Positions 55,684-64,000 of a DNA stretch of 64,000 bases are shown in pieces. Location of the stretch: contig JAAYDE010000004.1 in assembly GCA_012729375.1 (NCBI GenBank), positions 3,528 to 67,527 of the forward strand. Reading direction: 5' to 3'. The first letter of the stretch is position 1. Every line of letters begins with the position of its first letter. Below the pieces are notes generated by a model that was not told where the DNA came from, ran no database searches, and saw only the letters and a program-made list of their open reading frames with translations. The translations under genes were made by a program, and so were the position numbers. The stretch is from Deltaproteobacteria bacterium. Lineage in GTDB: Bacteria > Desulfobacterota > Desulfuromonadia > Desulfuromonadales > JAAYDE01.

Positions 55684-57075
55684 ATGCTTGATAAGTCGAT
55701 CATCCGGAAACTGGAAAAAATCGTCGGCCGCGAGAATATGACCACCGAGAAATCGGATCTGATCTGCTACGCCTTCGATGCCACCCAACAGCGCTTTCTT
55801 CCCGACGTCGCCCTCTACCCGCAAAGCGCCGCGGAGATCAGTGACATCCTGAAACTCGCCAACGCCGAAAAAATACCCGTGGTGCCCCGCGGCTCCGGCA
55901 GCGGATTTTCCGGCGGCAGCCTGCCCACCATGGGCGGCATCGCCCTGGTGCTGCGGCGCATGGACAAAATCCTCGAGATCGACGAGGAGAACATGCTGGC
56001 CGTCGTCGAGCCCGGCGTGGTGACCGAGGTCTTCCAGCAGGCGGTGGAAGCCAGGGGACTTTTCTATCCCCCCGACCCGGCCTCGCTCAAGTTCAGTTCC
56101 CTCGGCGGCAACGTCGCCGAGTGCGCCGGCGGCCCCCGCTGCGTCAAGTACGGGGTGACCCGTGACTACATCCTCGGCCTCGAGGTCGTCACCCCCCAGG
56201 GCGACATCATCCACACCGGCGGCCGCACCATGAAAGGGGTGGTCGGTTACGACCTGACCCGGCTCATGGTCGGCAGCGAAGGGACCCTCGGCGTGGTGAC
56301 CAAGATCATCATCAAGCTTTTGCCCCTGCCGGCGGCCAAGAAGACCATGCTCGTCGTTTTCGATTCGATCCGCGGCGCCAGCCAGGCGGTCTCCGACATC
56401 ATCCTCGGCCGCATCATTCCCACCACCCTCGAGTTCATGGATTCCACCAGCATCGACGTGGTGCGCAACGCCACCAATCTGTCGATTCCGGAAAGGGCAC
56501 GGGCGATCCTCATCATCGAGGTGGACGGCGATGAGGAGCTGCTGGAGAAGCAGGCCGAGAGGATTCTTGAGATCGTCGCTCCCTTCGGCGTCGTGGAAAC
56601 CCGCGTCGCCAAAGACAAGGCCGAGAGCGACGACATCTGGAAGCTGCGCCGCAGCATTTCCCCCAGTCTGCGCCAGGTCAATCCCAACAAGTTCAACGAG
56701 GACATCTGCGTGCCGCGCAGCAAAATCCCCGACATGATCCTCGAATTGGAGCGGATTTCCCGGGAGGTCGGAGTGCCGATCATCAATTTCGGCCACGCCG
56801 GCGACGGCAACATCCACGTCAACGTCATGGTCGACTTGGCCGAAGAGGGGATGCAGGAGAAAGTCGACCGGGCCCTGGAGGAGATCTTCCGCGCCACCCT
56901 CAAGCTGGGCGGAACGATCAGCGGCGAGCACGGCATCGGCACCACCAAGGCCCCCTACCTGGGCATGGAACTGAACGATCCGACCATCCAATACATGTGG
57001 ATTATCAAGAAGGCCCTCGACCCGAACAACATCCTCAACCCCGGCAAGATTTTCGGGTTTTCCGGAAACGAGTGA
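55684..57075 (+). CDS. glcD: FAD-linked oxidase, glycolate oxidase GlcD / D-lactate dehydrogenase-like
   Basis: 463 aa. FAD_binding_4 block VVPRGSGSGFSGGS and C-terminal GEHGIG. Confidence 0.85.
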   Translation: MLDKSIIRKLEKIVGRENMTTEKSDLICYAFDATQQRFLPDVALYPQSAAEISDILKLANAEKIPVVPRGSGSGFSGGSLPTMGGIALVLRRMDKILEIDEENMLAVVEPGVVTEVFQQAVEARGLFYPPDPASLKFSSLGGNVAECAGGPRCVKYGVTRDYILGLEVVTPQGDIIHTGGRTMKGVVGYDLTRLMVGSEGTLGVVTKIIIKLLPLPAAKKTMLVVFDSIRGASQAVSDIILGRIIPTTLEFMDSTSIDVVRNATNLSIPERARAILIIEVDGDEELLEKQAERILEIVAPFGVVETRVAKDKAESDDIWKLRRSISPSLRQVNPNKFNEDICVPRSKIPDMILELERISREVGVPIINFGHAGDGNIHVNVMVDLAEEGMQEKVDRALEEIFRATLKLGGTISGEHGIGTTKAPYLGMELNDPTIQYMWIIKKALDPNNILNPGKIFGFSGNE

Positions 57076-57082
57076 CGACACC

Positions 57083-58363
57083 ATGGCGGAACTGAAAAAG
57101 CAGCCTGAACTCAAGGATTACGCGGAGCAGATCAAACAGTGCGTCAAGTGCGGCACCTGCCACGCCTACTGCCCGATCTTCGACCAGGAGCGCAAGGAGC
57201 CCCTGGTGGCGCGGGGCAAGGTCGCCCTCGCCCAATCCCTGCTCAACAAGGAAACGGAGATCGACGCCCGCTTCATGGAGAACCTCTCCAAGTGTCTGCT
57301 GTGCGGATCCTGCTCCGACAAATGCCCCAACCTGGTGCCGGTGGAGGAGATCGTCGCCGCCTCGCGGCGCGAGATCGCCCGCCGCAAGGGGTTGTCCCTC
57401 TTCGGCTTCGGGCTCTCCACCACCCTCAAGCACCCCAGGCTGATGAAGCTGATGGCCAGAATGGGCAACCTCTTCTCCTGGCTGGTGTTCCGCAAGGTGC
57501 CGGAGAAGAGCGGCCTGCGGCTGCGCTTCCCCGCCCCCTACATCCGCGGCGACCGCACCATTCCCAAGGTGGCTCCGCGGTTTCTGCGGGACGCCCACCC
57601 GGAATTCATCCCCGGCGAGCCGGGCAAGCCGACGGTGGCTTTCTTCACCGGCTGCATGGCCAATTTCATGTATCCCCACATCGGCGATGCCGCCATCGAC
57701 GCCCTGAAGCTCCTCGGAATGAACATCCGCATTCCGCAAAACCAGGGATGCTGCGGGGTGCCGGCCCTTTCCTCGGGGGACGGCGCCACTGTGGACGAGC
57801 TGACGAAACGCAATTTTGACGCTTTCGCCGCCGTGGACGCCGATTATATCGTCACCGTCTGCGCCTCCTGCAACTTCGGGTTGCGCACCAACCTGGGCAA
57901 GACCGGCGCGGAAGGGGAGAGCCTCGCCGGCAAGGTGATCGATATCCACCGCTTTCTCAACGAACAGGGGATCGGCGCCAAGCTCGCCGCCCTGCCGCCC
58001 CGGGAGAAAAAGGTTCGCGTCACTTATCACGACCCCTGCCATCTGCGCAACCAGGGGATCACTAAGGAGCCCCGGGAAATTCTCAGAGCCCTGCCCGGGG
58101 TCGATTTCGTCGAGATGCGCAACGCCGACCAGTGCTGTGGCCTGGGCGGCACCTTCTCCGTCTATCATTACGACATGAGCGTCAAGATCGGCGCCAAAAA
58201 GGCGGCCGCGATCCGCGACAGCGGCACCGAGGTGGTGGCCACTGCCTGTCCCGGCTGCATGATGCAGCTGCTCGACTCCATCAACCACGCCGGCCTTGCC
58301 CACCGCGTCTGCCACGTGCTGGAACTGGTGGCCGCCGAACTGCCACCCGCCAATCAAAAATAA
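57083..58363 (+). CDS. glcF: Fe-S subunit with two [4Fe-4S] motifs and two CCG domains (GlcF-like)
   Basis: CVKCGTCHAYCP and CLLCGSCSDKCP. CCG motifs GCCGVPA and QCCGLGG. Confidence 0.85.
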   Translation: MAELKKQPELKDYAEQIKQCVKCGTCHAYCPIFDQERKEPLVARGKVALAQSLLNKETEIDARFMENLSKCLLCGSCSDKCPNLVPVEEIVAASRREIARRKGLSLFGFGLSTTLKHPRLMKLMARMGNLFSWLVFRKVPEKSGLRLRFPAPYIRGDRTIPKVAPRFLRDAHPEFIPGEPGKPTVAFFTGCMANFMYPHIGDAAIDALKLLGMNIRIPQNQGCCGVPALSSGDGATVDELTKRNFDAFAAVDADYIVTVCASCNFGLRTNLGKTGAEGESLAGKVIDIHRFLNEQGIGAKLAALPPREKKVRVTYHDPCHLRNQGITKEPREILRALPGVDFVEMRNADQCCGLGGTFSVYHYDMSVKIGAKKAAAIRDSGTEVVATACPGCMMQLLDSINHAGLAHRVCHVLELVAAELPPANQK

Positions 58364-58366
58364 CCC

Positions 58367-59344
58367 ATGACCAAGGCTCTAGGACTCTTTTCCGGAGGCC
58401 TCGACAGCATTCTGGCGGCGCTGGTTTTACGCCGCCAGGGCATCGAGGTCGCCGGGGTGACTTTCGTCACTCCCTTTTTCGGCGCCGAAAAGGCACTCAA
58501 ATCCGCGGCGCCGCTGGCTATCCCCCTCATCGTCCGCGATATCGGCGCCGTCCATCTGGAGATGCTCAAAAACCCTCGCTACGGCTACGGCCGCAACCTC
58601 AACCCGTGCATCGACTGTCACGCCCTGATGTTCCGCCTCGCCGCCGCGATGATGGCCGACGGCGGCTTCGACTTTCTGTTTTCCGGTGAGGTGCTGGGGC
58701 AACGCCCCATGAGCCAGAACCTCAACTCCCTCAAGGCGGTGGCCAAGGCTTCCGGCGCCGGCGACAGGATTCTGCGCCCCTTGAGCGCCAGGCTGCTGCC
58801 GGTCACCGCCATGGAAAAAGAAGGACGGGTCGACAGAAACCAGCTCCTCGATATCCAGGGACGGAGCCGGCGCCGCCAGGAGGAACTGGCCAACGAGTGG
58901 GGAGTGAAGGTTTATCCGGCTCCCGGCGGCGGCTGCCTGCTGACGGAAAAATCCTTCATCAACCGCCTTCGCGAATTGCTGGAGACCACCCCCGAGGCGG
59001 ATGTCGTCGATGTGGAACTGCTCAAACTCGGCCGCCGCTTTCGCCTGCCGCCGGCGGCCTGGCTGACCGTTGGCCGCAACCGGGAACACAACGAGGCCAT
59101 ACGCCGCCTGGCGCGGCCTCACCATTGGCTGCTCCAGGCCCGCGACTGCGCCGGGCCTCTGGGACTGGTCAGCGGCGCCGTCGACGCGGACAATCTCCTT
59201 GCCGCGGCCGCCATCGTCGCCGGTTACGGCAAAGGAAAAAACTGTGCGAGCCTGGTGGTGGCATTGCGGCGGGAGGCAGAAAACCGTGAGCTCATAGTGG
59301 CCCCCTTTTCCGCCGCGGAACTGGCGGAACGGATCCTTTTTTAA
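58367..59344 (+). CDS. PP-loop ATP pyrophosphatase superfamily protein (ThiI C-terminal / tRNA thiolation-like, no THUMP domain)
   Basis: N-terminal LFSGGLDS PP-loop and NPCIDCH block. Starts 3 nt after the GlcF-like stop. Confidence 0.7.
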   Translation: MTKALGLFSGGLDSILAALVLRRQGIEVAGVTFVTPFFGAEKALKSAAPLAIPLIVRDIGAVHLEMLKNPRYGYGRNLNPCIDCHALMFRLAAAMMADGGFDFLFSGEVLGQRPMSQNLNSLKAVAKASGAGDRILRPLSARLLPVTAMEKEGRVDRNQLLDIQGRSRRRQEELANEWGVKVYPAPGGGCLLTEKSFINRLRELLETTPEADVVDVELLKLGRRFRLPPAAWLTVGRNREHNEAIRRLARPHHWLLQARDCAGPLGLVSGAVDADNLLAAAAIVAGYGKGKNCASLVVALRREAENRELIVAPFSAAELAERILF

Positions 59345-59345
59345 T

Positions 59346-60382
59346 GGGACGTTGTTTATTTGTTGACTAACCCTCTCTTTCTCATTATATTTTGTTCATG
59401 CCAAGAACCGCCCGCCTTGATCTGCCCAACCTTTTACAGCACGTCATAGCCCGTGGCGTCGATCGTTGCGATATTTTCCGGGATGATGCCGACCGCCAAC
59501 GCTTTCTCCTGAGTTTTTCCGGTCTTTTGGTTGATACTGGCACCCAGTGTTTCGCCTGGTCCCTGATGCCCAACCATTTCCATCTCCTCCTTCGCCCCCG
59601 GAATCGTCTGGCGCCCTTCATGCGCCGGCTTCTCACCGGCTATGCCGTCTATTTCAATCTCCGTCACAACCGTTCCGGTCATCTGTTCCAGAACCGCTAT
59701 AAATCGTTGGTCTGTGAAGAAGATTCCTACCTGCTGGAACTGATCCGCTACATTCACCTCAATCCTTTGCGCGCCGGGTTGGTGAAAGATCTCGTCGCTC
59801 TGGATCATTACCCCTGGTCCGGCCATGCGGTCATCCTTGGGAAAAGATTACTGGAAGGCCAAACTCCGGCGGAAATCCTGTCCCTGTTTTCCCAGAAAAA
59901 GGCTGAGGCGAGACAGCATTATCGAGCCTTTGTGGAGGACGGGATCCCCCAAGGAAAGCGGGAGAATCCGGGCGGCGGAAGAAAAAAGACGGGCAGGATT
60001 GAGCCAACAGAAAAGGATGATGTGCTGTATGACGACAGGGTTTTGGGGAGTGGGGCTTTTGTCGAGAACCTGAGAAAGCGCCAGGAATTTGCAGCCGAAT
60101 TCCCCCGGACTCTGGAGATTTCCGATATCATTTCCCGGGTGTGCCGCCATTTTGCCATCGATCCGGCGGATTTGCTGCAGAAAAGGCGTACGGAGAAACT
60201 CGCGGCGGCGCGGAGCGTCATCTGTTATCTGGCGGTCCGTCAAGAGGGGTACAACGGCGTGGAGGTCGGACGCCGGGTGAATCTTGGTCGTTCCGGCGTC
60301 TGTGTGGCCGCCGACCGAGGAGAGAAAATGGCAAAGGGGGAGCCGGCGCTGTTGAAGTTGGTGAACGAATAAACAACGTCCC
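59346..60382 (+). mobile_element. Single-gene unit: Y1 (HUH) transposase-like gene bracketed by 13-bp perfect inverted repeats
   Basis: GGGACGTTGTTTA at 59346-59358 and TAAACAACGTCCC at 60370-60382 (exact reverse complements). The right repeat includes the TAA stop codon. Confidence 0.55.
59398..60372 (+). CDS. IS200/RAYT-like Y1 tyrosine transposase homologue with C-terminal DnaA-C-like helix-turn-helix domain
   Basis: HUH motif PNHFHLLL, catalytic-Tyr region GHLFQNRYKS. C-terminal RTEKLAAARSVICYLAVRQEGYNGVEVGRRVNLGRSGV resembles DnaA domain IV. ATG at 59398 (the track starts at TTG 59392). Confidence 0.75.
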   Translation: MPRTARLDLPNLLQHVIARGVDRCDIFRDDADRQRFLLSFSGLLVDTGTQCFAWSLMPNHFHLLLRPRNRLAPFMRRLLTGYAVYFNLRHNRSGHLFQNRYKSLVCEEDSYLLELIRYIHLNPLRAGLVKDLVALDHYPWSGHAVILGKRLLEGQTPAEILSLFSQKKAEARQHYRAFVEDGIPQGKRENPGGGRKKTGRIEPTEKDDVLYDDRVLGSGAFVENLRKRQEFAAEFPRTLEISDIISRVCRHFAIDPADLLQKRRTEKLAAARSVICYLAVRQEGYNGVEVGRRVNLGRSGVCVAADRGEKMAKGEPALLKLVNE

Positions 60383-60414
60383 CGATTGATTTGCGATTGA
60401 TTCGAAAGAAAACG

Positions 60415-60447
60415 AAAAAAGCTCCCGGTTTTGCCGGGAGCTTTTTT
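60415..60447. terminator. Bidirectional intrinsic terminator (A6-hairpin-T6) between the Y1 gene and groEL
   Basis: AGCTCCCGG-TTTTG-CCGGGAGCT flanked by A6 and T6. Confidence 0.9.
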
Positions 60448-60472
60448 GTATGGTGCCAGGAGTGGGCAGGAT

Positions 60473-62116
<1,644 letters not shown>

Positions 62117-62172
62117 CTATATTCCTCCTTGTATCTGCTGATTGAGATGGGATCGGTCTTCGTCTCCGGTGA

Positions 62173-62460
62173 TTACTCGACAACGCAGAGGACGTCTTCC
62201 TCGCGCATGATGAGGAATTCATTGCCGTCGATCTTGATCTCCGAACCGGAATATTTGCCGAAAAGCACTTTGTCCCCTTCCTTGACGTCCATGGGAACGG
62301 TTTTGCCGTCGGGGAGTTTTTTCCCCTTGCCGACGGCGATTACCCGGCCCTGCTGGGGCTTTTCCTTGGCGGTGTCGGGAATGATCAGCCCGCCGGCGGT
62401 TTTGGTTTCTTCTTCGATCCGTTCAACGATGATACGGTCCTGCAGAGGTCTTACACTCAT
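62173..62460 (-). CDS. groS: Co-chaperonin GroES
   Basis: ATG at 62460 ([35 protein letters not shown]), 95 aa. Confidence 0.97.
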   Translation of the reverse strand: MSVRPLQDRIIVERIEEETKTAGGLIIPDTAKEKPQQGRVIAVGKGKKLPDGKTVPMDVKEGDKVLFGKYSGSEIKIDGNEFLIMREEDVLCVVE

Positions 62461-62558
62461 CTTTTCTGCTCCTTTCTGGTTTTGCCTGTTTGACTTGAGT
62501 CGATGCAAGAATGATCCGGAAGAGGGTTTCCTCCGGTTTTTTAGGCGCCTCGCCGTTG

Positions 62559-62585
62559 TTAGCACTCGATGACGTAGGGTGCTAA
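62559..62585 (-). promoter_or_regulatory. CIRCE operator (HrcA binding site) upstream of groES
   Basis: TTAGCACTC-N9-GGGTGCTAA, one mismatch to the TTAGCACTC-N9-GAGTGCTAA consensus. The palindrome extends to CCGTTGTTAGCAC. Confidence 0.9.
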
Positions 62586-62596
62586 CAACGGCACCT

Positions 62597-62624
62597 AATA
62601 TAATTCCTGGCGTATAGAAGTCAA
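62597..62624 (-). promoter_or_regulatory. Sigma-70-type groESL promoter candidate
   Basis: On the - strand: TTGACT (62624-62619), 16-nt spacer, TATATT (62602-62597), directly upstream of CIRCE. Confidence 0.6.
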
Positions 62625-62793
62625 GGGGTTTTTCCGTAAAAATTTTCCGGTGGGGCGGTTGGACGATGGTGGTGGGGGAGGGCGGTCATTGACAATTTCT
62701 TGCCGATGATGCTAATTAGCGGGGAAACTCCGGAAGATCCGCCGGCGGGGCGTGCCGGTGTCATAAGCTTTTTTTACAGGAGAGGACCGAAAA

Positions 62794-63870
62794 ATGGCCA
62801 AGAAACTCTATGTTCCGGGACCGGTCGAGGTGCGGCCCGATGTGCTGGCGGCCATGGCGCGACCGATGATCGGCCATCGCACCAAGGAATATGCGGCGCT
62901 CCATGAGAAGGTGGTGAACCGCCTCAAAACCCTGCTCAACACCGGGGGGCGGGTCTTTCTTTCCACCTCCAGCGCTTTCGGGGTTATGGAGGGGGCGATC
63001 CGCAATCTGGTGCAGAAGCGCTGCGTCAACTTCGCCAACGGCGCCTTCGCCAAGAAGTGGCACGACGTCACCCTGCGCTGCGGCAAGGAGGCCGATGTGG
63101 TGGCCGTCGACTGGGGCCAGCCGGTCACCGCGGAGGTGGTGGATCAGGCCCTGGCCACCGGCAAATACGACGCCATGACGCTGATCCACAACGAAACCTC
63201 CACCGGCGTGATGAGCCCCTTGGCGGAGATCGCCGCGGTGATGCGCCGCTATGCCGATGTCTCCTTCATTGTCGACACCGTTTCCTCGATGAGCGCCGTT
63301 CCCCTCGATCTCGACTCCCTGGGAACCGATGTCTGCCTGGCGGGGGTTCAGAAGGCTTTCGGGCTGCCGCCGGGGCTGGCCGTCTTCGCCGTTTCCGACA
63401 AGGCCCTGGAGAAGGCCGCGGCGACGCCGGGGCGGGGTTACTACTTCGATTTTGTCGAATTCGCCAAGATGGATGAAAAACACAACACCCCCAGCACCCC
63501 CTGCCTGAGCCAGATCTTCGCCCTTGACCATCAGCTCGACAAGATGTTCGCCGAGGGGCTGGAAAACCGCTACCGGCGCCATCTGAGGATGGCCGAGGCG
63601 ACCCGCCGGTGGGTTGTCGACCAGGGTTTCACCCTGTTTCCCGATCCGGGCTGCTGTTCGGTGACCCTGACCTGTGCCCGCAACGACGGCCGCACCGATC
63701 TCGAACTGCTCAAGAAGCTGGCCGGGGACAAGGGCTACGCCATCGACAACGGCTACGGCAAGATCAAGAACGAGGCCTTCCGCATCGCCCACATGGGGGA
63801 TTTCACGATGGCGGATATGGAGGAGCTGTTCGGGTTGCTGGAGGGGCTGCTGCCGCGGGTGAGGAAGTAG
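62794..63870 (+). CDS. Class V aminotransferase (alanine/serine--glyoxylate aminotransferase family)
   Basis: 358 aa. LIHNETSTGV, FIVDTVSSM and the PLP-lysine region AGVQKAFGLPPG. Confidence 0.85.
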   Translation: MAKKLYVPGPVEVRPDVLAAMARPMIGHRTKEYAALHEKVVNRLKTLLNTGGRVFLSTSSAFGVMEGAIRNLVQKRCVNFANGAFAKKWHDVTLRCGKEADVVAVDWGQPVTAEVVDQALATGKYDAMTLIHNETSTGVMSPLAEIAAVMRRYADVSFIVDTVSSMSAVPLDLDSLGTDVCLAGVQKAFGLPPGLAVFAVSDKALEKAAATPGRGYYFDFVEFAKMDEKHNTPSTPCLSQIFALDHQLDKMFAEGLENRYRRHLRMAEATRRWVVDQGFTLFPDPGCCSVTLTCARNDGRTDLELLKKLAGDKGYAIDNGYGKIKNEAFRIAHMGDFTMADMEELFGLLEGLLPRVRK

Positions 63871-64000
63871 GGGAGGGATGTCGCCGGACAAGGCGAAACC
63901 AAAGGCGTCAATTCAGCACTGCGTTGCTATCGACCGCCAGCCAATTTCTACCTACCTGCTTCTGCCTCGGGGCTCCGCCCCGCGCCCCGGCTTCCTTTTT

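Noticed and set aside
59346-60382. A direct assignment of the Y1 transposase-like gene as the mobilising enzyme of the heptad-repeat family.
   Set aside because: Its 13-bp flanking repeats share no sequence with the heptad or GGYTCRTAGCTCGT modules, and the evidence is only co-occurrence within one 64-kb window. It is kept as a testable hypothesis inside the finding, not as a claim.

Overview
This is a 64-kb, visibly GC-rich chromosomal window. Judged by eye (not computed), GC is well above 60% except for a few AT-richer patches. The gene content includes an EF-G2 paralogue, a MetVF-type methylene-THF reductase, TPR and LolB-like lipoproteins, a REC-PilZ regulator, and RsbV/RsbW-type partner switching without a sigma factor. 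That suggests a Desulfuromonadales/Geobacter-like deltaproteobacterium, which is an inference I cannot verify here. I call about 48 protein-coding genes and found no rRNA, tRNA or CRISPR. Most long ORFs antisense to real genes in the track are GC-driven shadow ORFs. The bulk is housekeeping: ABC-F, nadC-birA-coaX, EF-G2, lgt, trkHA, mscL, ilvA, gdhA, dksA, radA and groESL with a CIRCE operator. The non-routine content is as follows. (1) A family of hairpin-forming intergenic elements built from degenerate 7-nt units occurs five times, including perfect (TTGTCAC)9 and (TACCAGY)6 arrays and copies inside operons. (2) A translationally coupled cluster encodes an APH-like/P-loop protein, an 84-aa membrane peptide and a sodium:solute-symporter-GAF-PP2C fusion. 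It is followed by a STAS protein and an RsbW-like kinase with no sigma factor nearby. (3) An OpgG/OpgD-family gene is paired with an 1806-aa protein (about 760 aa of polytopic membrane domain plus a GH94 phosphorylase-like module), and neither OpgH nor a GT84 domain is present. (4) A folD-metV-metF-gcvT-gcvH-gcvPA-gcvPB operon links the THF methyl branch directly to the glycine cleavage/synthase system. (5) A RAYT/IS200-like Y1 transposase homologue with a C-terminal DnaA-like HTH is bracketed by 13-bp perfect inverted repeats. (6) An Lnu(F)-like lincosamide nucleotidyltransferase homologue lies in an AT-richer patch. All family assignments come from motif recognition and memory, not from searches.
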